Assembly (NCBI GenBank): GCA_965218585.1
Contig: CBDCLE010000023.1
Location: 10,162 to 74,161, forward strand
Reading direction: 5' to 3'
Length of the DNA stretch: 64,000 bases
DNA from: Terriglobia bacterium
Lineage (GTDB): Bacteria; Acidobacteriota; Terriglobia; 20CM-2-55-15
The translations under genes and the position numbers were made by a program. The notes beneath the pieces were generated by a model that made no database searches, was not told the origin of the DNA, and saw only the letters and a program-made list of their open reading frames with translations. Shown one piece after another: positions 20,158 to 31,293 of the stretch (position 1 is its first letter; every line of letters starts with the position of its first letter).

Positions 20158-22380
20158 CTAATTCGCCGTTAACACGAAGTTATCCAGATACGCGCCATAC
20201 TCCGCATCGAGAAACAGTCCCGGCGCACCCTCACGATTCCCAATCGGATCCACTTTGTCGATCAGCCATTCCGACGGCTCTGCCTCGTCGACCTGCCACG
20301 CCTTGCCCTGGATTCGGACCTGTCCGTCCGGCAGGTTTTCGACACGCACCTTCATCCGATACCACGTATCCGGCTCCCAGCTGAACGGAATAGTCACGGA
20401 GCGCTCGATCTCGGGCTCCCAGGGTTCCAGCTTCAGCTTCTGTGTGGTTCCGTAAAGGACGAGGGAATAGGCCTGGGCCGTGATTCCTACGTCGGCCATC
20501 TGACGACGACGCGTCGGCGCACGGACGTCCGCCTGGAAAGTGTAGTCCGACCAGTCTGGCGGTCCCAGGAACATCCGAGCCCTTCCGAAGATCGTATTGT
20601 CGGGAGGTTTTTCGAAGACCCGGTCTCCGCCGAGTGTTGAGATCGTAAATCGTCCGGCTTGCGCGTTGACCCAACCCGGAGGCAGATCCCCATCCATATA
20701 GGAATCGAACCCTTCTTCATAGGGAAGCGGATGAGACACTCGCGCTCTGGATTCTCCTGTCAGTCCACCCGCCACAGCCCGGATCACACCCGCCTGCAAC
20801 TGAGGTTCATTCGAAACAGTAAAAGTTCCGTCCTCACCCACCGTCCCTTCCAAACCGTCCAGTGACCACTCGGCCTCGGTCTCGCTCAGGAACCGACCCT
20901 GACTGTCAAACAGCCGCGCACGAAGACGCACCGTATCCCCCGGATCGAGCACCATTTCAGTCGGCACGACCTGGAGGTGGGTGGGAGCACCTTCCCCCTG
21001 GCCGATGGGCTCATCGACGGCCCATCCCTCGAGCGAAGACGCCTGGGCCGAACCGATGGCGTAGACTGCGTCACTGGTAACAAAGAAAACACGGCCTCTC
21101 GAAACAGCCGCTCCCGCGACGATTTGTTCCGGTGTGCCCTCTGAACTGCAACAACTGTCCGTACTCACCGGCAACTCGACGCGACTCAGAACCTCGGCAT
21201 TCGATTCTCCGGGCCGCACGATGTAGAAGGCTCCTCCGTTTGTCCCGACATAAATTTTGCCGTCTGCCAACACGGGCGCCGCACGCTGGGCATTGCCCAG
21301 GGGCAGTTCCCAAAGCTCGTCGCCGGTTTCGGTATCAAACGCCAGCAGGGTTGATCCTGAATCAATTTGATAGATGCGATCTCCATCGATGACCGGGGAC
21401 GAGTAACCAAGCTCGCGCCCCTTCACATCCCAGATCGTCTCTGTGATCTCCCCCGTACGGCCACCGGCGATGGCCGCGATCATGCCCAGTTCGGTACCCT
21501 CTAGATTTTCATCGCCGTGAGACATGAACACGACGTCGTCCTTAACGACCACGCCTGTGTTGACAGCCCTGCGCGCCGCAGGAAAACTCCAGACAACTTC
21601 GCCGGTTTGGGGTTTGATCGCGTGGACACCACCGTTACCGAGCCCCTGGATCAGCAGCCTCTGACCGCCAATAGTCGCTATCGTGGGCGGCCCATAGGCC
21701 GTGTCGAACGGACGGCTGCCCGGAGCAGATGCGTAAACGATCTCACCCGTCCGCTTGTCGAGCCCCACGAGCCGATGAGCCCGATTCCAGTTCGATCCCC
21801 AGCTCGAAATCGCGGCAGACACGATCACCAGATCGCCGTCGATCAACGGGGAGGCGGTCCGTCCGCCGTGGGTTGTGAAGGCTGCCCATTCCTCGGCAAA
21901 CGATCGCTTCCAGAGAAGTTGCCCATCGGAGCTCAAGGCCACGACCATTGCATTGCCGCTCATGGCGTAGATGTTTCCGGTTTCGGGATCTGCAGCAGGC
22001 GAGGCCCAGCCGACGCGGTGGGGCGGTACGTCGCTCTGAAAGATATTGAACCGGTACTCCCAAACTATCTCTCCGGTGTCGACGTCGAGCGCCATCACAC
22101 GTTCCTGAAGTGCGCTGCCCTGCTCGGCAGGGTTCTGCACGTAGAGACGGTCGCTCATCACGATCGGAGTAGAACGGCCACCGTAAGGAGCGCGCCAGAG
22201 GAAGTTCGCTCCGTTGACCTCCCATGTTTCCGGAAGGCCGGTCTCCAGAGAAGAGCCATCCCGGTGGGGTCCACGGATCTCCGGCCAGTCACCCAGGGCC
22301 ACCCGGCCCGGATCCTGTCCGGTTGCGGTCACGGCCACCCCGACCAGCAGTGCCAGGAAGAGGGTCGGTTGTCTCAACAT
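20158..22380 (-). CDS. Secreted PQQ-like beta-propeller with C-terminal Ig-like and ConA/DUF1080-like domains
   Basis: WPEIRGP and propeller blades, then LQVVPTEMVLDPGDTV.L (Ig-like) and WSDYTFQADVR/WYRMKVRV (beta-sandwich). Confidence 0.8.
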   Translation of the reverse strand: MLRQPTLFLALLVGVAVTATGQDPGRVALGDWPEIRGPHRDGSSLETGLPETWEVNGANFLWRAPYGGRSTPIVMSDRLYVQNPAEQGSALQERVMALDVDTGEIVWEYRFNIFQSDVPPHRVGWASPAADPETGNIYAMSGNAMVVALSSDGQLLWKRSFAEEWAAFTTHGGRTASPLIDGDLVIVSAAISSWGSNWNRAHRLVGLDKRTGEIVYASAPGSRPFDTAYGPPTIATIGGQRLLIQGLGNGGVHAIKPQTGEVVWSFPAARRAVNTGVVVKDDVVFMSHGDENLEGTELGMIAAIAGGRTGEITETIWDVKGRELGYSSPVIDGDRIYQIDSGSTLLAFDTETGDELWELPLGNAQRAAPVLADGKIYVGTNGGAFYIVRPGESNAEVLSRVELPVSTDSCCSSEGTPEQIVAGAAVSRGRVFFVTSDAVYAIGSAQASSLEGWAVDEPIGQGEGAPTHLQVVPTEMVLDPGDTVRLRARLFDSQGRFLSETEAEWSLDGLEGTVGEDGTFTVSNEPQLQAGVIRAVAGGLTGESRARVSHPLPYEEGFDSYMDGDLPPGWVNAQAGRFTISTLGGDRVFEKPPDNTIFGRARMFLGPPDWSDYTFQADVRAPTRRRQMADVGITAQAYSLVLYGTTQKLKLEPWEPEIERSVTIPFSWEPDTWYRMKVRVENLPDGQVRIQGKAWQVDEAEPSEWLIDKVDPIGNREGAPGLFLDAEYGAYLDNFVLTAN

Positions 22381-22479
22381 AAGAATTTTCCTTCCGCAAA
22401 AGTGAAGAAACTCTGGGAATCGGAATAGCTAGAAAATATATCGTAGGTAGTTGAGGATTGGGCGAAATTCTGTCAAAAA

Positions 22480-23724
22480 TCAGCGCCCGCGAATGTCGTA
22501 CGCCGTGACTGTGCCCTGATCCCGAATATAGAGAGTCCCATCACTGACTACCGGATGGGCACGACTGGGGAAACCCTGGTCAGACATCTCGAATCGGCCC
22601 TTTTCCGAATAGCCGGTCGGCGTAGCTTCAACCAGGCCTACGACATTGTTCTCGCTCAAGATATAAAGATGACCGTCCGCGTAAGCGAGGGAACCCTTTC
22701 CCACGCTACGGTCCCTCCACATCCTTTCTCCGGTCTCGAAATCCAGACACGTCAGAATAGAGTTATTGAATCCGTAGAGATATCCATCGACAACGACGAC
22801 ACCACCATGATGGTTCCGCATGTCCCTAGTAAAATAGAGCTCCTCGGCAGCCACCTCTCCGCCCTGGGCTCTGAGTTCCAACAATCCTCCACCCGTCCCG
22901 TAAGCCGAGGTATAGAAAACCTTGTTGTCATAAAAGACAGGCGTCGCGACATTGGCAGTCCTGTTGGCTGGCCGCGTGTATCTCCACATCAGTCGGCCGT
23001 CCGCGGCCCGGAGACCCACACCTGCTTCGCCGGTCAGCGTCATCACCGTTCGAACGCCACCGATGTCGGCAACTATGGGTGAAGCATAGCCCGCCGGGTC
23101 GCTGAACCCCTGGCTGGTCCACATCGTTTCGCCGGTCCGCTTGTCGAGGGCGACCACTCCGGCATCGGAACCTCCCGGCGTAACGATGACCATGTCTCCG
23201 TCGATCAGAGGGGATTCGCTGATCAGCCAACTGATATTGCGACCGCCAAACTCTCGAAGGATGTTGAGTTGCCAGACGATGGAGCCGTCGTCGGCCTCGA
23301 GACACACCAAATCGCCAGTTTCGGTCAGGACGTAAAGCCGATCACCGTCGACGGTCGGCGTTCCCCTCGGTCCGGGGCCTTCCCGGTTTCTGAGCGTTCC
23401 ACCGAGAGCACGAGACCAGATCAATCGCCCGTCGGCCCGGTCCAGACTGGCCACAGCGCTCTGCTCCCCGACGAGCATTTGAAGGTAGATTCGGTCTCCG
23501 GCAACAGCCAACGACCCGTATCCGCTGCCGAGACCCTGGGTTCGCCAAAGCTGGGCCGGGCCCGAGGCCGGCCATTCACTCATCAAACCGGACTCTTGGG
23601 AAAGACCGTCGCGGTTTGGCCCGCGCCACTGCGGCCAGTCGGTCAGAGTCAGGGACTGCCCCCCAACGAGGGTCGCCATCCCCACGAAGACCGCGAAGCT
23701 CATCACCCACAGGCGCGCCCGCAT
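22480..23724 (-). CDS. Secreted PQQ-like beta-propeller
   Basis: Signal peptide, WPQWRGPNRDG, GPRGTPTVDGD; GGAG RBS. Confidence 0.85.
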   Translation of the reverse strand: MRARLWVMSFAVFVGMATLVGGQSLTLTDWPQWRGPNRDGLSQESGLMSEWPASGPAQLWRTQGLGSGYGSLAVAGDRIYLQMLVGEQSAVASLDRADGRLIWSRALGGTLRNREGPGPRGTPTVDGDRLYVLTETGDLVCLEADDGSIVWQLNILREFGGRNISWLISESPLIDGDMVIVTPGGSDAGVVALDKRTGETMWTSQGFSDPAGYASPIVADIGGVRTVMTLTGEAGVGLRAADGRLMWRYTRPANRTANVATPVFYDNKVFYTSAYGTGGGLLELRAQGGEVAAEELYFTRDMRNHHGGVVVVDGYLYGFNNSILTCLDFETGERMWRDRSVGKGSLAYADGHLYILSENNVVGLVEATPTGYSEKGRFEMSDQGFPSRAHPVVSDGTLYIRDQGTVTAYDIRGR

Positions 23725-23808
23725 CGCTGCACTCCTCCAGTTACGTTTGTCCCGAGCCTGGCACTGGCTATCCGGGGACGAGACGGCTAACATATTTCTC
23801 CGAACACC

Positions 23809-26800
23809 ATGACACTTTCGGAAAAAGCCTTCAACATGATTTCAGGGTTTGCCCTGACACTGGCCCTGACGCTGTCTCTGGCGGGCCCTCTCGAGGCACA
23901 ATCCTACCGCGCGTCGATCCGCGGAGTCGTCGTCGACCCTTCAGGCGCCAGCGTTCCGGGGGCACAGCTTGAGGTCACCAATGAAGTCACCGGAGACAGG
24001 CGCATCACACTGGCCCGCACCGACGGAAGCTTTGCCATATCTACGCTTCCGCCCGGCACCTACGTAATCGAAGCGGAACTTGACGGGTACCAACGGTACG
24101 TGTACCGCACCGAGTTACAGGTTGGCCAGCAGTTGCGGCTCGACGTGGGTCTCACACTGGGTAACGTCACTGAAGCAATCGAAGTGAGGGCACCCGCCGT
24201 GGTCATCGATTCTCAGTCGGCCGCACTCGGCACCGTAATAGGCGGTGAGCAGCTCGCGGGGCTTCCCCTGGACGGCCGCAATTTTCTGGAATTATCCCTG
24301 CTCGCACCCGGGGCCGCACCGGCGCCTGAAGGCTCCGCCAGTTCTCTGAGAGGTGACTTTTCCTTCACTGTCAATGGTGCCCGCGAAGATGCGCACAGCT
24401 TCATGCTCGACGGTGTGTATAACGTCGACCCCAAACTGAACACCCCCGGTGTGCGACCACCGGTGGACGCGATCCAGGAGTTTGAAGTTCTGACCGGAAC
24501 CTACGATGCGTCGTTTGGACGCAATGCAGCGGGTCAGGTGAACGTCGTCACCCGGTCAGGTGGAAACGATTTTCACGGAACCGCTTACGGTTTCTTCCGA
24601 ACCCGCTCTCTGAATTCACGGAATTTCTTTGCCCCCCGCAACGAAGAGGAACCCGCTTACAGCCGGGGTCAATACGGTGGATCGATCGGCGGACCCATCG
24701 TCACCAACCGTACGTTTTCTTCGCCGACTACGAACACACCCGGCTTCGGGAGGGCATCACACGGGTGACCAACGTACCGACACTGGCCGAACGAAGCGGC
24801 GACTTTTCCGAAAGCCTGCTCAACGCCCCCTTCAACCCGTTCAGTGGGCAGCCGTTTTCCGGCAGAAGAATCCCCGACTTTTTCATTCATCCGGTCGGAC
24901 AGGCAATAGCAAACCTGTATCCGGAACCCAACCGCGCCACACCGTTCGCAAACTACGTGTCTTCGCCGACGCTCACCGACGAGATCGACCATTTCGACGT
25001 GAGGATCGATCACAACTTCGCCCAGGGGCTCGCGGTTGATGACTCGATACAGCCTTCAACGATCGGCGCTTTTTCGAGCCGTTTGCTTCTGCGGTCAGTG
25101 TGCCGGGATACGGCACCGATGTGCCCAGCACGCGGACAGAACCTGGTCATAGGGTTTACCCAGCCTCTCGGCGGAAAACACCATTCATGATTTTCGCGTC
25201 GGATACACGCCGGTCTCGATCGCGGTCCTTCACCAGAACCGGGGCCAAAGCGTCAACCAGGACGTGGGCCCTGCCCGACCTGTCGTCGAAACCGCCGCGA
25301 CTTCGGACTGAGTCAGATCACCGTGACAGGCTTCTCTCCCCTGGGCGACGAGTTCACGTCTCCACAAGAGAGTGCGACTGATATGTGGCAGGTGATGGAC
25401 ACGGTGACCTGGACACGTGGTTCGCACATGGTTGCGACCGGCTTCGATTTTCGGCATGTCGGGCAGGAGGCTTTTCGCGATGTCCCAGTCTCGCGGTTTC
25501 CTGAACTTCTCGGACCGGTACATAACCGGAAATGCGCTGGCCGACCTTCTGCTCGGTTTTCCTCTTGTGACGGGAGGGGCGATTTCCGACAATCCCCAAC
25601 GCCTGCGCTCTTCTGCGTGGAGCGCCTTCGTGCAGGACAGTTGGAGAGTGCGACCCGATCTGACGCTGACAGCCGGCCTCCGCTACGAATACGTCGCACC
25701 AGGAGTCGATGCCGACGATCGGGCGAACCTATATGACCCGGCGACCGGTGGGTTCGTGCAGGTGGGCACGGGCAGCATGCCCCGAGGTGGTTACAGACCG
25801 GACCGCAACAACTGGGGCCCGCGAATCGGATTGGCGTGGACCCCGGACGCGGACAGGCAGACCGTCATCCGCGGGGGGTACGGTGTCTATTACAACCAGG
25901 GTGCTCTGGCCACAGGCGAAGGCCTCTACTTCAACGCTCCCTATTTCGATTTGAAACTCTTCGTCCCTGCTCCAGGCATTCCACCGGTGACACTCCAGGA
26001 TCCCTTTCCCGACTCCTACCCCATCGCGCTTCCGGTTTCGGCCACGGCGTATCAGGGCGACCTCCAGACCGGCCGAATCGAGCACTGGAGCTTCGGTGTA
26101 CAGCGCCAACTGGGGGATACCCGAACCATCGAGGTGGCGTACGTAGGATCGCGAGGTCGCAATCTGATCGCCGCAAAAGACATCAACCAGCCCGCTCCAA
26201 GCACCGCCCCGCGGAATCTCAGACCGAACCCCCTGTTCGATGACATCACGCTGATCGAGTCCCGCGGAAAGTCCGACTACAACGCGCTTCAGATCAAGTT
26301 CCGGCAGCGCTTCGACCGGGGCTTGTCCGTCCTGACGGCATACACGTTGGGTGAATCCAACGATGATGCCTCCGGTTTTTTTGCCAGTTCGGGCGACCCC
26401 AATTTCCCGCAGGACAGCCGGAACCCTGGCCTTGAATACGGACGTTCGAGTTTTGACGTACGGCACCGGTTCTCAACGAGTTTTGCCTGGGAGATGCCGT
26501 TTGGAGAGGGTCAGAGATGGCTGGGGAATAACGGCACGCTTTCGACGATCCTGTCCGACTGGGAACTGCAGGGCATCGTAACCCTCCAGAGTGGCCGCCC
26601 GTTTACGGTAGCCCTGCTGCCCGAATTCGACAACAGCAACACCGGGCGTTCCACACTGGGATTCGGTGCGAATGACCGGCCCGATCTCGTCGGTAACGCG
26701 GTCCTCGCGAACCCATCGCCCGAGCGATGGTTCGACACGACGGCTTTCGCCGTACCCAACTTTGGGAGTTTTGGCGACGCGGGAAGGAACATCCTCACCG

Positions 26801-27012
26801 GGCCCGATTTTCAGAACGTGAATCTGGCGCTTTCGAAAGAAGTGTCGCTAAACGAGGACGTCACTCTCGAGCTTCGCGCGGAAACGTTCAACCTCTTCAA
26901 TCGAACAAACTTCAACCTGCCGGATGCCTTCGTCGGCTCACCGACATTTGGTCAGATCGTATCGGCCCAGAGCCCGCGAAGGTGCCAGTTCGGCGTCAAG
27001 TTGATCTTCTGA
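23809..27012 (+). CDS. TonB-dependent receptor (Oar-like, N-terminal carboxypeptidase regulatory-like domain), several frameshifts at 24.7-25.5 kb
   Basis: [55 protein letters not shown]-terminal QFGVKLIF. Confidence 0.88.
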
Positions 27013-27086
27013 GAAACAATTCGGTCAGATCGTATCGGCCCAGAGCCCGCGAAGGTGCCAGTTCGGCCGTCAAGTTCATCTTTTGA
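26950..27086 (+). repeat. Tandem duplication of the last 63 bp of the TonB receptor gene (26950-27012 and 27023-27086)
   Basis: Near-identical copies; copy 2 has an extra C, TTG>TTC and TTC>TTT. Confidence 0.9.
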
Positions 27087-27267
27087 AACGGAATTCGGAG
27101 ATGCGGGGAGTCGGCTTTAAGTTTGATCCCCGTATCGGTCTCCTGTAACCTGTAGGCGATTTTTCCTAACACAGGTCAAGAGACGGTTGCTGGCATTACG
27201 CCGAATTGAAAGACTGTGGTTCTTCTCGCCTGTGTACGTGCTCATAGGCGTCGAAAAGGGGGTAGAA

Positions 27268-29322
27268 ATGAAACGGACGAACGGTTTTGTGGCCCGATGG
27301 GTTGGGCTCGTAGCTTTGACTGTCGCTGCCGGCGGGTTCCTGGTAGCTTCGGAGGCGAGTGCCCAGGATCAGAGGCTGTCGCTGGAAAACTACCTGGACA
27401 TGGAGTCCGTCTCTAACCCTCAGATCTCACCTGACGGTTCGCGGATCATCTACACGCGCCGGTGGGTGGACAACGTGAACGACCGCAACCAATCGTCGCT
27501 CTGGATCATGAACAGCGATGGTAGCCGGAACCGGCATCTCCTGGAGGGAAGCGGGGCGCGGTGGTCTCCAGACGGTACCCGAATCCTGTTCACGAAACAA
27601 GGAGATCCGAGCGGTTCTCAGGTCTTCGTCCGTTGGATGGACGATGAAAGAGCTGTGAGCCAGATCACTCGCCTGGAGAACGGACCCTCGAACGCACGCT
27701 GGTCGCCGGATGGTGAATCGATCGCCTTTACGAGCCGCGTCGACGAACGCGGAGACTTTGTGAACGTTCAGCTACCATCCCGCCCCGATGGTGCCAGTTG
27801 GACGGGCCCGCCGAAGGTGGTCGAGCGCCTTCGCTACAAACGCGACCGCCAGGGTTACATCGATACGGGTTGGACGCACATCTTCGTGGTGCCGGCCGAG
27901 GGCGGGACTCCACGCCAGCTCACCGACGGCAATTGGAACCACAACGGCGTCGCCTGGAGCCAGGACAGTTCTCGAATCTACTTCACTTCATACCGCACCG
28001 AAGACTGGGACCGCCCCGACAACGAAGGGGAATCGGATATCTACTCTGTGAACGTCGCGACGGAGGAAATTTCCCAACTGACCAATAAGCGCGGTCCCGA
28101 CAGCGGGCCGGTACCCTCTCCCGACGGAGAGCTCGTCGCCTACAGAGCGGGAGACGAACACGAAGACTTCTACCGTAACCAGCGCATTTACGTAATGAAC
28201 CCGGACGGATCGGGCTCACGGCTGATTTCGGGCGACTACGACCGCCAGTCCGGTAATCTACAGTGGGCTTCCAACAGCAGCGGGCTCTACTTCAGTGTTT
28301 CGCGCGAGGGTTACCGCAGCCTCCACTTCGTGTCGGTAGACGGCGGCGTCACCGAACTCACCGAGGGCGAACAGCTTCTCTCGCTTTCGTCCTTCTCCGA
28401 AAACGGTATGGCGGTCGGAACGATCTCGAGCGCGTACGAGCCGGGCGACATCTACAGCTTCTCCCTTTCGAATCCCGACGATGTCACGCGCCTCACCGAG
28501 GTTAACGCTGATGTACTGCATGGGATCACACTCGGCGAAGTTGAGGAAATCTGGTACGATTCCGATCCTTTCGAGGTCCAGGGATGGCTTGTGAAGCCTC
28601 CCGACTTCGATCCGTCACGGGAGTATCCACTGATGCTCGCTATCCACGGTGGGCCCGCCGCCATGTATAACGGAGGGTTCAATTTCGCTTTTCAGGAACA
28701 CGCGGCAAACGACTACGTCGTGCTGTATACAAACCCGCGGGGAAGCACAGGGTATGGCACGGAGTTCGCTAACGCAATCGCCTACGATTACCCGGGCATC
28801 GACATGCAGGATCTGATGAGAGGCGTCGACGAGGCAGTCGATACGGGCTACGTAGACGAGGACAACCTCTTCCTCTACGGTTGTTCGGGGGGCGGAATCC
28901 TCACGACTTACATCGTCGGCAACACGGACCGTTTCACTGCGGCGTCGGCGCACTGTGCAATCGTGAACTGGATGTCCGCCATGGGAACCTCGGACATCGG
29001 CGGTTACATACGCCGGTTCGAACAGCCCTTCTGGGAAGATCCGACGGAGTGGATCGATCGCTCCTCGATCTTTTACGTAGGAAACGTCACGACCCCAACG
29101 ATGCTCATGACGGGTGAGAATGACCTTCGCACGCCCATCGGTCAGGCCGAGGAGTTCTATCAGGCACTCCAGCACCTTGACGTTCCTACGGTCATGGTTC
29201 GATTCAAGGACGAATGGCACGGCACCACGTCGCGTCCGTCCAACTTCATGAGAACACAGCTGTACGTGAGGAAATGGTTTGAGCAGTGGGGCACCCACGA
29301 ACCGCTGGGAACCACTCAGTAA
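27268..29322 (+). CDS. Secreted S9 family peptidase (acylaminoacyl/dipeptidyl aminopeptidase-like)
   Basis: PD40-like propeller, IHGGP, nucleophile GCSGGG, D in ENDLR, H in EWHG. Confidence 0.92.
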   Translation: MKRTNGFVARWVGLVALTVAAGGFLVASEASAQDQRLSLENYLDMESVSNPQISPDGSRIIYTRRWVDNVNDRNQSSLWIMNSDGSRNRHLLEGSGARWSPDGTRILFTKQGDPSGSQVFVRWMDDERAVSQITRLENGPSNARWSPDGESIAFTSRVDERGDFVNVQLPSRPDGASWTGPPKVVERLRYKRDRQGYIDTGWTHIFVVPAEGGTPRQLTDGNWNHNGVAWSQDSSRIYFTSYRTEDWDRPDNEGESDIYSVNVATEEISQLTNKRGPDSGPVPSPDGELVAYRAGDEHEDFYRNQRIYVMNPDGSGSRLISGDYDRQSGNLQWASNSSGLYFSVSREGYRSLHFVSVDGGVTELTEGEQLLSLSSFSENGMAVGTISSAYEPGDIYSFSLSNPDDVTRLTEVNADVLHGITLGEVEEIWYDSDPFEVQGWLVKPPDFDPSREYPLMLAIHGGPAAMYNGGFNFAFQEHAANDYVVLYTNPRGSTGYGTEFANAIAYDYPGIDMQDLMRGVDEAVDTGYVDEDNLFLYGCSGGGILTTYIVGNTDRFTAASAHCAIVNWMSAMGTSDIGGYIRRFEQPFWEDPTEWIDRSSIFYVGNVTTPTMLMTGENDLRTPIGQAEEFYQALQHLDVPTVMVRFKDEWHGTTSRPSNFMRTQLYVRKWFEQWGTHEPLGTTQ

Positions 29323-29384
29323 CAACTCGAGATCTGTTTGGAGACCGACGGGAATCGTAGTATTCGTCCTCAAAGGAGCTCTAG

Positions 29385-31292
29385 ATGAGAGGTAAATTGC
29401 GTGTTTCCCTGTCGGTGCTGACACTTGTCGGTTTCGCCGTCTTGCTGGCGGGAATTTTCGTCGAGGCCCGGCAGGTGCCCATCCAGGACCAACAACCTGC
29501 GGGATCCGCGCTTCGGCCTGCTGTGATGGGTCCGTCGGGCGGAGTGTCCACTGGGCACCTGCTGACGACGGCGGCGGCTTTCGGCATCCTCCTCGATGGT
29601 GGAAACGCCTTTGATGCAGGTGTCACGGCCTTGCTTGCCGCGGGGTGCTCGAACAGGATCTTTACAGTCTCGGGGGCGAGGCGTTGGTCCTGGTTTACCC
29701 CACCAGCGAAGACAAAGTCACTTCAGTCGTCGGCCAGGGTTGGGCGCCTGGCGCCGTGGACGTGGATTGGTACCAGTCGAGAAACAAGACTCTCCAGGGG
29801 GAAGGACTCGATCCGGCTGTCGTTCCGGGCGCTGTTCACGCCGCCCTCACGGTGCTGGAGCGTTGGGGAACGATGAGCTTCGAAGAGGTCGCTCGACCAG
29901 CGATCGAGTATGCCGAAGAGGGTTTTCCGCTACGGCCGAGCACCGCGCGGGCTATTGGGAACCAGCTCACGTTCTTCGAGAGCTGGCCGGACAACCGGGA
30001 GTACTGGTTCAAACCCGACGGGTCCCTGTACGAGGCCGGTGAAACGATCCAGCTGCCGACTCTGGCCAGGACACTCAATAGAATGGTTGAGGCCGAGCGC
30101 GGAGCGAAATCGGCAGGACGCGCCGCCGGAATCGCAGCCGCTCGCGATCTCTTCTACAAGGGTGACATCGCTCGCGAGATGGTAGCGTTCCTCGAGGATA
30201 ACGGTGCCCCGTTCACGTACGCGGATTTCGCCGAATTCTTGCAAGAATCGAGGAACCGGCAAAAACGACCTATCGTGAATACACCGTCTACAAACACGGT
30301 TTTGGCAGTCAGGGTCCCGCTCTTCTTCAGGCGCTGAACATCCTCGAAAATTTCGACCTGAAAGCGATGGGATATGCCAGCGCAGATTACCTTCATACAG
30401 TGGTCGAGGCGATGAAGCTGGCCTACGCAGATCGGGACACCTACTACGGGGATCCTGAATTCGTGGCGGTACCGGGAGAGGGGTTGCTGTCGAAAGACTA
30501 CGCCCGGGAACGGGCACAGCTCATCGATCCACGGCTCGCTTCCCGTTCTTTTGTCGCCGGTGATCCGCTGCCCTACGACACGAACGTCGATGAGTGGAAC
30601 TACTGGAGGGCCGAAATCGAGAATGCCTCTGCAGATAGCGCCGCTCTCTCCGGGGACGCGATGGCATCGCTCGGGCAAGATTCCGCCGGGGTCATGAAAG
30701 ACACGACGCACATGGCGATCATCGACAAGGACGGGAACATCTTCGACTCGACGCCGAGCGGCGGCTGGATCGGCGGCGCAGTGATCCTCGGGGACACAGG
30801 TATCGGCATGAGCGTACGCGGTGAGCAGTTCTGGCTGGACAGTACCCGGGCAAACCAGATTCGCCCCCGGGCGCGGCCGCGATACACGCTAACGCCAACT
30901 CTGGTTTTCAGGAATGACGAACCATGATGGCTCTGGGGACTCCGGGAGGCGACAATCAGGAGCAGACAATACTGCAGGCTTTTCTCAGCATTGTAGAGTT
31001 CTGGGATCACTGGTATCCGAATCTGCATGCCGCACTCGAGCGGCCGCGAGCGCAGACCCAGCATCTCTACGGTTCGTTCTGGCCACACTCCCCCGGCTTC
31101 AACAGGCTGAGAGTCGAGATCCCGATTCCAGATGCGGTTTACAACGAATTGTAATCCCGGGGACACGAGGTGAGCCGATTGCGTTCTTTCGGAATGTCCG
31201 GATGCGCCACGGCAGTGATGATCGATCCGCTCACCGAGAATCGACTCGCGGGCGCCGACCCGCGCCGTGACTGTTACGCAATCGCGTACTAG
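29385..31292 (+). CDS. ggt: Gamma-glutamyltransferase family protein (frameshifts ~29645, ~30240, ~30920; in-frame TAA 31152-31154)
   Basis: GGNAFDA, VVPGA, EAMKLAYADRD, KDTTH (Thr nucleophile), GTPGGD, GADPRR. Confidence 0.8.
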
Positions 31293-31293
31293 C

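Noticed and set aside
26950-27086. DGR variable/template repeat pair
   Set aside because: The differences are not adenine-specific and no reverse transcriptase is in the window.
30600-31293. C-terminal extension of the 546-aa NSS ORF over ggt
   Set aside because: It is caused by a frameshift near 31430. The corrected frame ends in a TM helix and TAG at 31294-31296.
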